Source: an uncultured bacterium (GTDB lineage Bacteria; Patescibacteriota; Minisyncoccia; Phycocordibacterales; CAIJYI01). Taken from it: DNA of 64,000 bases. The stretch lies in the NCBI GenBank assembly GCA_903824855.1, contig CAIJYI010000041.1, positions 27,159 through 91,158 on the forward strand. Direction: 5' to 3'. The position numbers and the translations under genes are program-made. The notes under the pieces are model-generated. The model was given only the letters and a program-made list of their open reading frames with translations. It did not search any database and was not told the origin of the DNA. This document shows positions 27,961 through 38,064 of the stretch, in pieces. The first letter of the stretch is position 1. Each line of letters begins with the position of its first letter.

Positions 27961-28377
27961 ATGGTAACAAAGACAGACACCAAAACTGAAAAATTTTCAC
28001 AAGGAGTTGGCAGAAGAAAAACTTCCACCGCTTCCGTACGTCTCACACTCGCAGACGAAACATCAGTAGTCATCAACGGAAAAGATGCTAATGTATATTT
28101 CCCAACTGAAGAAATGAGAGCAATCGTTTTTGAAGCATTTGCTATTGCTAAGCTTCCGGTAAAATTCGCCGTTTCCGTTAAAGTAAGCGGAGGGGGAATT
28201 CACTCACAAGCTGAAGCCGTACGCCACGGAATTTCCAGAGCTCTTCTCGTCTACGATATAGAGACTCGCAAAAAACTCAAAAAAGAAGGATTTCTTAAGA
28301 GAGACCCAAGAGCCAAAGAAAGAAGAAAATTTGGTCTCAAGAAAGCCCGCAAAGCAGCTCAATGGAGCAAACGCTAA
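27961..28377 (+). CDS. rpsI: 30S ribosomal protein S9
   Basis: The track start is 27934, overlapping rplM; the ATG at 27961 avoids that overlap. The C-terminus ...[12 protein letters not shown] is typical of S9. Confidence 0.85.
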   Translation: MVTKTDTKTEKFSQGVGRRKTSTASVRLTLADETSVVINGKDANVYFPTEEMRAIVFEAFAIAKLPVKFAVSVKVSGGGIHSQAEAVRHGISRALLVYDIETRKKLKKEGFLKRDPRAKERRKFGLKKARKAAQWSKR

Positions 28378-28394
28378 ACAAAATTTTACAAAAA

Positions 28395-28428
28395 AACGTT
28401 CCCGCATTCCTGCGGGAACGTTTTTTAT
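28395..28428 (+). terminator. Rho-independent terminator (AACGTTCCCGCA-TTCC-TGCGGGAACGTT + TTTTAT)
   Basis: Direct reading; ends the ribosomal-protein operon. Confidence 0.8.
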
Positions 28429-28513
28429 CCGAGTTCTTTTATTACAGATAAGTTATCATTAAGCCGAAAGTTTTGCGTGACCGTAATGTCAAAGTTTTGC
28501 TTCGTCGGTACTT

Positions 28514-28542
28514 TCGCAAGTCTGGCGAGACCGTGGTATAAT
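28514..28542 (+). promoter_or_regulatory. sigma70-like promoter with extended -10 (TGgTATAAT at 28534-28542) for dnaG-rpoD
   Basis: Sequence match. A weak -35 TTCGCA lies 17 nt upstream. Confidence 0.4.
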
Positions 28543-28637
28543 GAAAAATATATCAAAATTGGTATATTAAGTTGTAAAAAAAGTTAATATTCGTCTTCGT
28601 TCGTCTATAAGCTAAAAGCTATAATCTAAAACCTCGT

Positions 28638-30341
28638 ATGTCATCTCCCGTAGAACTCATTAAAGAAAAATTAGATATTGCGACCGTTGTGGGCTCGTAC
28701 GTCAAGCTAGAGCGGGCCGGCGGGAATTTTCGAGCTAAGTGTCCTTTTCATAATGAAAAGACTCCTAGCTTTATGGTATCGCCCGACAGAGGGTCTTATC
28801 ATTGTTTTGGCTGTAATAAGGGAGGAGATATATTTAGTTTTGTGGAAGAAATAGAAGGCACGGATTTTGCGGGAGCGCTTCGCGTGCTTGCCGATAGGGC
28901 CGGTGTCGTTCTCACTCGAGAAAATCCCGCGGAAAGAAACGAACGGGATCGAATGTTTATGTTGCTCGCTGATGTGACACTTTTTTATCGAAAGGAATTA
29001 CGAAAGAATACTGAAGCAATTGCGTATTTAAGAAAGAGAGGATTGCTTCCCGCCACTATCGACGAATTTCAAATTGGCTTTGCTCCTAATGATTGGCATA
29101 TCACGGAAGCATATCTCAGAAGTCGAGGATACACCGACAATGAAATGGAAAAGACGGGTATGTCGATTCGTACGGAAAAAGGAATATATGACCGCTTCCG
29201 TTCTCGCATTATGTTTCCGCTTTGCGACAGTTCCGGAAGAGTAGTTGGTTTTACCGGTCGTGTTTTCAATAGTGACGATCCTGCCAAATATGTAAATAGT
29301 CCCGAAACTCCACTTTATAATAAATCAAAAATACTCTTTGGACTTTCCCTCGCAAAAGCAGCCATCAGAGAAACCGGTTCCGTCATTCTCGTCGAAGGTC
29401 AGATGGATTTAATCATGTCGCATCAGACGGGAACGAAAAATTCCGTTGCGGTATCGGGTACAGCCCTTACCATAATGCAGTTGGAAATGTTGAAACGTTA
29501 CACTGATAAATTACTCTTTTCTTTTGATAGCGACGATGCCGGACTTGCCGCAGCGAAGAAAAGTGCGATTCCCGCATTGCGCATGGGTTTTGATGTTCGA
29601 GCGATTGAACTATCAGGAGAGAAAGACCCCGCTGACCTTATTCTCGAATCTCCCGAAAAATGGAATGAAGCCATCCGTCAGTCAAAACATATCATCGAAT
29701 TTTTCCTCGCAGTTCTTCAAAAGAAATCCACAGATAAAAGAACATTCCGACTCGCCGTTGAAAAAGATGTTTTGCCGATAGTCGCAGCGATTGAAAGCCG
29801 AATTGATCAAGCTCATTTCATCGATGTTGTCGCCACATTTTTGGATATCTCACGCGATGCTGTTTATGAGGAAGTAAAAAAGACCGCACTTGGCGATACA
29901 AACAGTCCGATAATTCATGAAAAATTCGATGCCGTTTTGCCGCTTAAAAAAACTCCCGCGACAAGGAGGGAAGCGGTCGAAAGAAAGATTAAAGGCGTAA
30001 TATTATGGCAACAGCACGCAAGCGCTCCACTTCTTAATGCCGATGAAATCCTCGCACGTTATAAGGAAATCGCCGGTTTGATTATTGATGCGGAAGAAGC
30101 CGAAAAGAATGCGCTTATTTATGAAGCAGAAGCATTTTATGACGGATCCCTGTCGTTGCAAAAATCGGTGGATGATTTACTGATGAGTTTTGAGAAGGAA
30201 ATTCTGAAGGAAAAATTAGTAGAAACCATGGCAGATTTACGAAAAGCCGAGCTTCTTCATGACTCAGCTAAAGCGCTTCAAATACTGAATGAATGCAATG
30301 TAATTTCCGAGAAACTCAACCGAATGAATACGTCATTGTAA
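28638..30341 (+). CDS. dnaG: DNA primase
   Basis: 567 aa. CHC2 zinc finger CPFHNEKTPSFMVSPDRGSYHCFGCNKGGD. TOPRIM-region motif VILVEGQMD. Confidence 0.85.
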   Translation: MSSPVELIKEKLDIATVVGSYVKLERAGGNFRAKCPFHNEKTPSFMVSPDRGSYHCFGCNKGGDIFSFVEEIEGTDFAGALRVLADRAGVVLTRENPAERNERDRMFMLLADVTLFYRKELRKNTEAIAYLRKRGLLPATIDEFQIGFAPNDWHITEAYLRSRGYTDNEMEKTGMSIRTEKGIYDRFRSRIMFPLCDSSGRVVGFTGRVFNSDDPAKYVNSPETPLYNKSKILFGLSLAKAAIRETGSVILVEGQMDLIMSHQTGTKNSVAVSGTALTIMQLEMLKRYTDKLLFSFDSDDAGLAAAKKSAIPALRMGFDVRAIELSGEKDPADLILESPEKWNEAIRQSKHIIEFFLAVLQKKSTDKRTFRLAVEKDVLPIVAAIESRIDQAHFIDVVATFLDISRDAVYEEVKKTALGDTNSPIIHEKFDAVLPLKKTPATRREAVERKIKGVILWQQHASAPLLNADEILARYKEIAGLIIDAEEAEKNALIYEAEAFYDGSLSLQKSVDDLLMSFEKEILKEKLVETMADLRKAELLHDSAKALQILNECNVISEKLNRMNTSL

Positions 30342-30402
30342 AAAATCTCATTTTAGTGCAGAATATCAAATACGGAACAACTAATAACTATCAATAAACA
30401 CT

Positions 30403-31719
30403 ATGCCAAAAAAGTCAAAAATTGTGAAAAAGGCGAAAAAGGCTGTGGAACCAAAAAAGGCTCCAAAAAAGAAGGAAGTAAAGAAACCGACAAAACCGGT
30501 TAAGAAGCTGCCTGCTAAAAAAATAGTTATTTCGAAGAAACCGGTAAAAAAGATTCCGGTTAAAAAAGCGGCGAAGTTCGAAGTGTCAAAGAAAAAGAAA
30601 GAGGTTAAAGCTCCGAAAGTTGCCCGCCCAAAAGAAACGGTTGAAGAAAAAAAGGACCGCGTTTTGAATCAGGAAAAGAAAGCCGAAATACTTATCGCGA
30701 AAGGACGTGAACGTGGATTCATTACCTATGATGAAATTATCCGCGAATTCCCGAATGTTGAAGACGATATCCTTTTTCTCGATGAACTCTATGACAAATT
30801 AAATCAAGTTGGTATTGATGTCTTGGAAAGTGGCGGACTCTTGGAAGAGACTGACGACATTCTCAAAAAATATTCCATCGGAAGTGGCGCATCAAAAGAT
30901 TCCATTCAGATGTACCTGCGCGAAATCGGACAATATCCTCTCCTTTCGGCTCACGAAGAAAGAGAACTCGCAAAAAGAATTGAAGCCGGCGATGCAGAAG
31001 CGAAAGGACTTCTTGCAAAAGCAAACCTTCGCCTCGTTGTTTCTATTGCAAAAAAATACGTCGGAAGAAGCCCTGACCTCACACTCCTCGACTTAATTCA
31101 GGAAGGAAATATCGGACTCTTCAAAGCGGTTGAGAAATTTGAATATGCAAAAGGATTTAAGTTTTCCACCTATGCAACTTGGTGGATTCGCCAAGCTATC
31201 ACTCGCGCTCTCGCCGACCAATCCAGAACGATTCGTATTCCTGTCCACATGGTTGAAACAATTGCAAAATACAAACAAGTTTCCAGAAGATTAAGCCAAG
31301 ACCTCGGTCGCGATCCTCTCGCTTCAGAAATCGCCACAGAAATGGGACTCGACGTTGAAAAAATTCACAATATTGAAAACATTGTCCAAGATACCGTTTC
31401 TCTCGAAAAACCAATCGGTGACGAAGACGATAAATCAACTCTCGGAGAATTTATTGCAGACGAAAAGATTCTCGCTCCGGACCAAGAAGTTTCCAGAAGA
31501 ATTTTGACCGACCAAGTAAAAATGATTTTAAACGATCTCTCTCAGAAAGAAAGAAAGATTTTGGAAATGCGACACGGACTCGTCGACGGCGTCACTCATA
31601 CTCTTGAAGAAGTAGGAAAAGAATTCGGAGTTACCCGCGAGCGTATCCGCCAGATTGAAGCTAAAGCTCACGAGAAGATTCGACAGCATCCGGGCGCCGA
31701 TAAACTGCAAGGATATTAA
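30403..31719 (+). CDS. rpoD: Primary RNA polymerase sigma factor (sigma-70) with an ~80-aa Lys/Pro/Val-rich N-terminal extension
   Basis: 438 aa. Region 2.4 is [13 protein letters not shown] and region 4.2 is [21 protein letters not shown]. The N-terminus is KK(x)PxKK repeats resembling histone H1. Confidence 0.9.
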   Translation: MPKKSKIVKKAKKAVEPKKAPKKKEVKKPTKPVKKLPAKKIVISKKPVKKIPVKKAAKFEVSKKKKEVKAPKVARPKETVEEKKDRVLNQEKKAEILIAKGRERGFITYDEIIREFPNVEDDILFLDELYDKLNQVGIDVLESGGLLEETDDILKKYSIGSGASKDSIQMYLREIGQYPLLSAHEERELAKRIEAGDAEAKGLLAKANLRLVVSIAKKYVGRSPDLTLLDLIQEGNIGLFKAVEKFEYAKGFKFSTYATWWIRQAITRALADQSRTIRIPVHMVETIAKYKQVSRRLSQDLGRDPLASEIATEMGLDVEKIHNIENIVQDTVSLEKPIGDEDDKSTLGEFIADEKILAPDQEVSRRILTDQVKMILNDLSQKERKILEMRHGLVDGVTHTLEEVGKEFGVTRERIRQIEAKAHEKIRQHPGADKLQGY

Positions 31720-31762
31720 AAAAGCTTTTATCCTTTAGGGAATAGCTTTTAGAAAAAAAAGA

Positions 31763-31798
31763 AACTCCGTACCGAATTAATCGGTGCGGAGTTTTGGT
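31763..31798. terminator. Bidirectional terminator hairpin (AACTCCGTACCGA-ATTAA-TCGGTGCGGAGTT) with U-tracts on both strands
   Basis: Serves rpoD on the + strand and the gene ending at 31798 on the - strand. A near-identical copy lies at 32201-32239. Confidence 0.7.
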
Positions 31799-32097
31799 TA
31801 TTTCAAGGTGTTGGCAAATTCTTTGATTAAATCGGATGCTATATGTTTTCCATAACATGTTAAGAAGTATAGGCTTCTATCGTTTTCCGAAAAGTATTTG
31901 CCTATATGGTAAGATTTGCCAAGAAGTTCCTTCTTGTAAAGCTCCTGAAGGGTAATCTTTGTAGAAAATTCGGTTCCACCAATGAGATTCATTATTTCAT
32001 CCCATGTGTAGTAGATTAATTCATATTGTTCGCCACCTTGCTCTATTTTTTTGAGTAATAGATGAATCAATATTTGTTTTTCAATATTCGTCATCAT
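31798..32097 (-). CDS. Small hypothetical protein, paralog A (possible winged-helix fold)
   Basis: 99 aa (MMTNIEKQILIHLLLKK...). Paralogous to 32247-32531 (MTSIAKKVLIYLFLKS...). Confidence 0.4.
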   Translation of the reverse strand: MMTNIEKQILIHLLLKKIEQGGEQYELIYYTWDEIMNLIGGTEFSTKITLQELYKKELLGKSYHIGKYFSENDRSLYFLTCYGKHIASDLIKEFANTLK

Positions 32098-32200
32098 TTG
32101 TCGCCTCTCTTAATTGATGTTTGCTTTCTGGGTGAAATAATATCATATATCTTAATTAAAGTCAAATTTACTGCAAACAAGATTTTGTCAGGGAATGTGA

Positions 32201-32239
32201 ATAAAAAAACTCCGAACCGAATTAAATCGGTGCGGAGTT
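32201..32239 (-). terminator. Terminator hairpin, near-duplicate of 31763-31798 (AACTCCGAACCGA-ATTAAA-TCGGTGCGGAGTT), followed on the minus strand by a T-run
   Basis: Direct comparison of the two hairpins. Confidence 0.65.
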
Positions 32240-32246
32240 TCGTGTT

Positions 32247-32531
32247 CTATGTGTCTAAATGTTTTGTTAAACCAAGAATTAAAGCTTTTGCTTCTTGTCG
32301 GCCTTTGAATTCAATGAAATACCAACACTTTTCAGTTTCTTTTTCGGTCGCTATACCGACATTTCCGGCAAGCAAAAGTTCTCTTAGTGCGGGTTCCGTT
32401 AACTCTTTGGATTCGTGTGTGAATTTTTGGATTTGTTCCAACGTGTGTAAATCCAACCGATGGCCTTCTTTTCGAAGGTCGGTGCTTTTAAGAAAAAGAT
32501 AAATAAGTACTTTTTTTGCAATGCTGGTCAT
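32247..32531 (-). CDS. Small hypothetical protein, paralog B
   Basis: 94 aa. Tandem paralog of 31798-32097; each copy carries its own copy of the terminator hairpin. Confidence 0.4.
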   Translation of the reverse strand: MTSIAKKVLIYLFLKSTDLRKEGHRLDLHTLEQIQKFTHESKELTEPALRELLLAGNVGIATEKETEKCWYFIEFKGRQEAKALILGLTKHLDT

Positions 32532-32599
32532 TTGACGCCTCTTCTTTTTGTTGTTACAATCTATGGACGATTTTATAGTAAATCCACACCGAAGTCAAC

Positions 32600-33283
32600 A
32601 TGCAAGATTTTATCTGGGAACGCGAATATCGAAACCCGCTTTTGGTTACCAAAGGCGAGGATCCGCAGAAAGATACTCTGCGATTTTTGAAGTGGCTCCG
32701 GCGCGAGAGAGAAATTCCTCTTGATCATCTCTCCGTGCTAGATTTGGGATGCGGAACAGGACGAAATTCAAACTATCTCGCAGAACTCGATAATATTGTT
32801 ACCGGATACGAAATTTCAAAAACGGCAATCGAACTGGCAAAAGAACGAGCAAAAAATCTCAAAATCAATGTTGACTATCGAGTCCAGAATATCGGTGCTC
32901 CATACCCACTCGCTGATAATTCAATGGATGTCGTTATTGATGTAACTTCGTCAAATTCATTAAATGAACAAGAAAGAGAAATCTATCTTTCTGAAACAGC
33001 ACGAGTATTAAAACAGGGCGGACATTTTTTTGTAAAAACTCTCTGCAAAGACGGCGACCAGAATGCAAAAGCGCTCATAAAAAATAATCCGGGTCCGGAA
33101 TATGACACCTATATCAATAAAGACATGGGGTTAACCGAGCGCGTTTTTACCGAGAAAGATTTCAGAGAAATGTATTCAAAATATTTTCAAATCCTCGAAC
33201 TGGAAAAAAAGACCAGCTACACCAGATTCAAAAATCAAAGCTACAAAAGAAATTTCTGGCTAGCGTATATGGTAAAATTTTAA
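32600..33283 (+). CDS. Class I SAM-dependent methyltransferase
   Basis: 227 aa. Motif I is VLDLGCGTGRNSNYLA. An acidic motif II follows after a beta strand. Confidence 0.7.
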   Translation: MQDFIWEREYRNPLLVTKGEDPQKDTLRFLKWLRREREIPLDHLSVLDLGCGTGRNSNYLAELDNIVTGYEISKTAIELAKERAKNLKINVDYRVQNIGAPYPLADNSMDVVIDVTSSNSLNEQEREIYLSETARVLKQGGHFFVKTLCKDGDQNAKALIKNNPGPEYDTYINKDMGLTERVFTEKDFREMYSKYFQILELEKKTSYTRFKNQSYKRNFWLAYMVKF

Positions 33284-33286
33284 ATC

Positions 33287-33311
33287 CACTTGGCGGTGAA
33301 ACCGCCAAGTG
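33287..33311. repeat. REP-like 25-nt perfect palindrome (CACTTGGCGG-TGAAA-CCGCCAAGTG), followed by T8
   Basis: Direct reading; 4 nt after the methyltransferase stop codon. Confidence 0.85.
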
Positions 33312-33383
33312 TTTTTTTTGACAAATTCGATTATTTAGTGTAATTTGAGAAAGGAATTTGTTGATTTGAAATTGGAGAAAAAA

Positions 33384-33977
33384 ATGAATGTACTGAAAAA
33401 AGTGGTAAATTTTCTTTTTGAATTGGGACATTTGAGCTATGTTCCGAGAAGCGGTTGGCATAAGTTGGGAATAAAGGATCCTCAGAGCGTCGCTGAACAT
33501 ACGGCAAGAACGGCACAAATCGCTTTCGTGCTCGCTACTCTGGAAGGTCATAAAAATCCTTGTCATTGTGCGACTGTCGCGCTTTTTCATGACATTACAG
33601 AAACTCGTACCATGGATATGAATCGTGTTTCTAAAGGTTATAACCTTACTGACCATAAACATGCTTCATTTGACCAAATTGCCGGAATGGAAAAAGTTTC
33701 AGAAAATATCGCCTATGTTTGGAATGAATTCGAGGACGGAAAAACCAGAGCAAGCGTTATTGCTCGTGATGCCGATATTTTGGAACTGATGCTGACCGCA
33801 AGAGATATTGAAGAAGCAGGATACAAGGATGCAAAAGAATTTCTCAATTCAGGAATGAAAAGACTGCAAACAGAAAGCGGAAAAAAAATAGGCGCTGAAT
33901 TATATTTCGCCGATCCAAATGCTTGGTGGAAGGAATTTCAGCCAAGTTCGAAATTCGCTGAAACCGTCGGGTTGTAA
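33384..33977 (+). CDS. HD-domain phosphohydrolase (YfbR-like 5'-deoxynucleotidase family)
   Basis: The track start is TTG 33345; the ATG at 33384 follows GGAG. Motifs H...HD are present (AEHTARTAQIA...ALFHDITE). Confidence 0.65.
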   Translation: MNVLKKVVNFLFELGHLSYVPRSGWHKLGIKDPQSVAEHTARTAQIAFVLATLEGHKNPCHCATVALFHDITETRTMDMNRVSKGYNLTDHKHASFDQIAGMEKVSENIAYVWNEFEDGKTRASVIARDADILELMLTARDIEEAGYKDAKEFLNSGMKRLQTESGKKIGAELYFADPNAWWKEFQPSSKFAETVGL

Positions 33978-34128
33978 TAATAAAGCAAACGAGTTGATAA
34001 AAACTCAAATCTCTCTCCTTCGGGCGGGGGATTTTTTTATAATCAGGTTAATCAAACATGATATCTTTTCATAAATTTAAAGACTCGTGGTATACTATAA
34101 TTAATTAAATAATACTAAATTTATTTCT

Positions 34129-35160
34129 ATGATTGAAAATAAAAAACTTCAAATGTGGTATTTCTTTATTTTATTCGGACTTTCCGTGTTCCTCCTCTTT
34201 TTGGTTTTCAAACCATTTTTGGAAATTATGGTAGTTGCCTCCGTTTTAGCGGTGCTTCTCTATCCGTTTTATAAAAAGATTCTTTCTTTTTTCCGTGGTA
34301 ATAAAACGCCATCGGCCTTGATGGCAGTCTTGATTGCTGTTTTCTTTATTGTTACTCCTATTTATTTTTTGGGGATACAGATATTAGAGGAAGCTCGCTC
34401 TTTGTATACAAACGTCCAAGTAAATGGCGGTCCATTTATTCAAGCAATCACTCGTGCTATCGAAACACCGTTTCGTAAAATTTCACCTGATTTCACTATA
34501 AACATTCAAGATTATCTTACTCGCTTTGCCGATTTCCTTCTTCAGAATCTCGGACCAATCGCCTCGGGAACTGCTTTCGTCGCATTTGAAGTTCTCATTA
34601 CCATAATCACGCTATTCTTCTTCCTAAAAAATGGAGACGAATTCCTTGAAAGTATTTCTAAGTTTTCTCCGCTTGATGACAAATATGATACCGAAATTCT
34701 TACATCCATTCAGAGAACTATTAATTCCGTTTTACGTGGTTCTCTTTTGATTGCCGTTATTCAAGGTTTCTTGGTGGGCACGGGCTTCTACCTATTTCAG
34801 GTTCCCAACGCTTCGCTCTGGGGATTAGTGGCGGCATTTTGTGCGCTTATTCCGGGTGTGGGCACCGCATTTGTTACCATCCCCGCAATATTGTATCTCT
34901 TCCTCACAAGCAACTCTACTCTCGCTATGGGTCTTTTAATTTGGTCCGCATTATTAGTCGGAAGCATTGATAATTTCCTTGCACCTTATTTATATAACAA
35001 GGGAATCAAGATTCACCCGCTCTTTGTTTTCTTTTCCGTTCTTGGGGGGATCATATATTTCGGGCCTATGGGTTTCCTTTTTGGTCCGATTATTTTAAGC
35101 GCTTTTCTTTCTATTTTTCGAGTATATCGACGATTTATCTTGAAGGAAGAGGATTCATAG
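34129..35160 (+). CDS. AI-2E family transporter (PerM/TqsA-like, UPF0118)
   Basis: 343 aa with about 8 TM helices. Topology and conserved Gly/Pro-rich C-terminal helices are typical of AI-2E transporters. Extended -10 TGgTATACT at 34088-34096. Confidence 0.65.
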   Translation: MIENKKLQMWYFFILFGLSVFLLFLVFKPFLEIMVVASVLAVLLYPFYKKILSFFRGNKTPSALMAVLIAVFFIVTPIYFLGIQILEEARSLYTNVQVNGGPFIQAITRAIETPFRKISPDFTINIQDYLTRFADFLLQNLGPIASGTAFVAFEVLITIITLFFFLKNGDEFLESISKFSPLDDKYDTEILTSIQRTINSVLRGSLLIAVIQGFLVGTGFYLFQVPNASLWGLVAAFCALIPGVGTAFVTIPAILYLFLTSNSTLAMGLLIWSALLVGSIDNFLAPYLYNKGIKIHPLFVFFSVLGGIIYFGPMGFLFGPIILSAFLSIFRVYRRFILKEEDS

Positions 35161-35314
35161 CTGTCAAAAGATAATGTGGATAAGAGTGTTTGCCAGAAAT
35201 ATTACAGTGTCGTATAATAAAATTGCACAGATGGATTAAAATGATTGGGAGATTATCCTGGTTATTTTACGTATAAAAAGAATACTCCGTGCAAGATATT
35301 TTATAAATAACATC

Positions 35315-36526
35315 ATGAAACCGAAAGTATTAATGTTTGGGTGGGAATTTCCCCCGCACAACAGTGGCGGTCTTGGGACGGCCTGTTTCGGTTTGACTCG
35401 TGCGCTTTCCGGCGATGCTGACGTCGTTTTTGTGCTACCCAAAAAAGCTGAAGTGAATTCCGATTTTGTAAAAATGGTTTTTGCGAATGAACACAGCATA
35501 AGCGTCCGTCATGTAGATACACTTTTGTACCCATATGTTACCGAAGAAAAATATGGTGAAGAACGACACCTCTATACCGACCAGGTCTACGGATTCTCTC
35601 TCATGGAAGAAGTAAAACGTTATGCCAGAAAAGCCGCAGACATTGCAAGAAAAGCAAAATGCGATGTAATCCACGCTCATGACTGGCTCGCTTACAGTGC
35701 AGGAATTGAAGCAAAGAAAGCCACCGGAAAACCCCTCATCGTTCATGTCCACGCTACAGAATTTGATCGTACGGGCGGAAACGGAGTGAATCAGCTTGTT
35801 TATGATATTGAACGCAAAGGAATGGAAGCTGCCGATGCGGTGATTGCCGTCAGTCAATGGACCAAAAACATTATCGTCAATCATTACGGAATCTCACCTG
35901 ATAAAATTACGGTTGTTCATAATGGCATCGATATAAATGATTTCAAAATTCTTCCTTCCAGAGTTCAAGCCTTAAAAGATGCGGGAAATAAAATAGTACT
36001 TTTTGTTGGACGCATTACCATGCAGAAAGGCCCCGATTATTTTATACGCGCGGCGACCCGTGTTTTGGAATTTCGTCCGAATACCATTTTCCTCGTTTCC
36101 GGTTCAGGAGATATGGAAAGGGAAATGATACGCCTAGCTGCTTCTAAAGGTATTTCGGATAAAATTTTCTTCGTCGGTTTTCTTCGTGGTGATGATTTAG
36201 ACAGTGTTTATCAATCAGCGGATCTTTATGTTATGCCTTCGATTTCGGAACCATTCGGTATTACCCCCCTCGAAGCGCTTGCGAACGGCACGCCGGTGCT
36301 CATTTCACGACAATCAGGTGTTTCCGAAGTTCTGTCGCACGCGCTAAAAGCTGATTTTTGGGATATCGACGATACTGCCGATAAAATCATTTCTACGCTG
36401 GATAATAAATGCCTCCACGATAGTTTGAAAGAAAACGGTATGAGGGAATTGGACAAAAATGCGTGGGTTGTCGCAGCGAGAAAATGTCTTTCCGTTTATA
36501 AACGTTTGATTATTGAAACTGTATAA
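35315..36526 (+). CDS. GT-B glycosyltransferase, family 4 (group 1)
   Basis: 403 aa. The N-terminal Gly-rich motif is GWEFPPHNSGGLGT. The C-terminal E-x7-E motif is EPFGITPLEALANGTPV. Confidence 0.75.
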   Translation: MKPKVLMFGWEFPPHNSGGLGTACFGLTRALSGDADVVFVLPKKAEVNSDFVKMVFANEHSISVRHVDTLLYPYVTEEKYGEERHLYTDQVYGFSLMEEVKRYARKAADIARKAKCDVIHAHDWLAYSAGIEAKKATGKPLIVHVHATEFDRTGGNGVNQLVYDIERKGMEAADAVIAVSQWTKNIIVNHYGISPDKITVVHNGIDINDFKILPSRVQALKDAGNKIVLFVGRITMQKGPDYFIRAATRVLEFRPNTIFLVSGSGDMEREMIRLAASKGISDKIFFVGFLRGDDLDSVYQSADLYVMPSISEPFGITPLEALANGTPVLISRQSGVSEVLSHALKADFWDIDDTADKIISTLDNKCLHDSLKENGMRELDKNAWVVAARKCLSVYKRLIIETV

Positions 36527-36567
36527 TATTTATTAATAAAGAGTCCAGAAAAACGGACAGAAATTCT

Positions 36568-36957
36568 ATGGCCATCAAAAAGACTGTCGCTCTTCCGAAA
36601 AAGAAAAGCAACGCAAAAAAAATATCAAAGAAATTAATCGTACTCCTTCCTGATAAAAAAACATCTGCTAAAAAATCTTCCGCTTCAAAAAAGGAACTCA
36701 TTATTGCTTCGGCTGATGAGTGTTTTTGGGTGAATGATGGTCCGGCACTTCAGAGTCTACTTGATCTTCGCGAGGCATTTAAAACACTCACGAAAGCACA
36801 ATTTTCTTATCATTTAAACAAGGAAAAAAACGATTTTTCCAATTGGATATTATTTGTTCTTAAAGATGAAAAATGCTCAAAAGATTTGCTCAAAGCAAAA
36901 AACATGAAGAATGCGCTCTCTGTTATAGAGCAGCATCTTAAAGGATACGATATATAA
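36568..36957 (+). CDS. Lys-rich small protein (hypothetical; histone-like basic N-terminus)
   Basis: 129 aa. The N-terminal 45 aa are KK/SAKK repeats. Confidence 0.4.
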   Translation: MAIKKTVALPKKKSNAKKISKKLIVLLPDKKTSAKKSSASKKELIIASADECFWVNDGPALQSLLDLREAFKTLTKAQFSYHLNKEKNDFSNWILFVLKDEKCSKDLLKAKNMKNALSVIEQHLKGYDI

Positions 36958-37148
36958 TTCAATAAGTTCTGATGGCGGTTTGCTAATCCTTGCACCGGAA
37001 AAAGAGAGGGAAGGGGAAAACTATTAATCACACGATTTGTAGTTTTTTTCTGTTGACAGCCTTCGTTATTGTTTGCTCCGAATAATTGGCTCTAAATATA
37101 GTTAAATAGGCAAAAAATGTATCTAAATTCGAAAGATTTCGGGCTAAA

Positions 37149-37177
37149 TTGACAAAATGGCGAAAATATGACATACT
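37149..37177 (+). promoter_or_regulatory. Candidate promoter (TTGACA-N17-CATACT) inside a ~400-nt ORF-free region
   Basis: Sequence match only. It would give a ~185-nt structured leader ahead of the gene at 37366. Confidence 0.3.
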
Positions 37178-37365
37178 ATACAAAAGGCATAGAAAAACCT
37201 CGTATTTTATGCTAAGGTATATCTATTCGGTAATGCTTGCCTCGGCAAGACCCACTCCCCATAAATTGGGACTGGGCAGTGCAAAAAAGAGCCTTAAAAC
37301 AGTAATTTTTTACTAACGGGCTATTCCAAATTCTTTACGGTGTTAGCGGAGCAAAACCGCTCAAA

Positions 37366-37911
37366 ATGGGTAATCTAATAATACAACTTACACGGTCCAT
37401 CGCCGTTCTGCCAATTCTTGCGATGGGACTCACTTCTCCGTTTGTTTCAGCCGGGATATTCCAACCTTCTCTTGATGGTTCTATGAATATTGCCCAGGTT
37501 CAAACTGTTGCGGAAAAGAATGTCCTCTCGGAACGTGCCGAGATGATAGATGCGTACTTCAAAGAAAGAAGTATGCCTCTTTATGGTTTCGGAGAAAAAA
37601 TGGTTAAAGAAGCCGATTTACACAAAATAGATTGGAGGCTTTTACCTGCTATTGCCGTTCGTGAATCGAGCGGAGGAAAACAGTCGTGTGGTTATAACCC
37701 ATTCGGATGGGCTTCGTGCGATGTTGCCTTTAAAAGTTATAATGAATCTATTGAGGTCCTCGCAACAAATCTCGGAGGAGATAATCCAAATACAGCAAAA
37801 TATTATTCAGGCGGAACTGAACTAAAACTTCATCATTACAACGGAACGGTCATCGCTTCTTATACGGGAGAAGTTCTCGCCATCATGGACTCGATTGGTC
37901 CGAAATACTAA
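37366..37911 (+). CDS. Secreted hypothetical protein (weak lysozyme/SLT-like ES...NP pattern)
   Basis: 181 aa. Signal peptide plus AIAVRESSGGKQSCGYNPFGW. Confidence 0.4.
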   Translation: MGNLIIQLTRSIAVLPILAMGLTSPFVSAGIFQPSLDGSMNIAQVQTVAEKNVLSERAEMIDAYFKERSMPLYGFGEKMVKEADLHKIDWRLLPAIAVRESSGGKQSCGYNPFGWASCDVAFKSYNESIEVLATNLGGDNPNTAKYYSGGTELKLHHYNGTVIASYTGEVLAIMDSIGPKY

Positions 37912-37947
37912 TTTCAAATTTTAAAAAAGAAAATTCACAAAAGAAAT

Positions 37948-37985
37948 AAGGCGAACCCTGAATAAGGGGTTCGCCTTATTTCTTA
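37948..37985 (+). terminator. Rho-independent terminator (AAGGCGAACCC-TGAATAA-GGGGTTCGCCTT + ATTTCTT)
   Basis: Direct reading. Confidence 0.75.
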
Positions 37986-38064
37986 TCTCATTACCGTCAA
38001 ACAAGTAATGATGATTTTCGCTTATGAAAATTTTATGTATAATAAAGAAAACGTAACTATTTTT

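Noticed and set aside
32062-32502. 146-aa + strand ORF
   Set aside because: It lies antisense across two better-supported minus-strand paralog genes and both of their terminator hairpins. The protein is low-complexity with no motif, so it is an antisense artefact.
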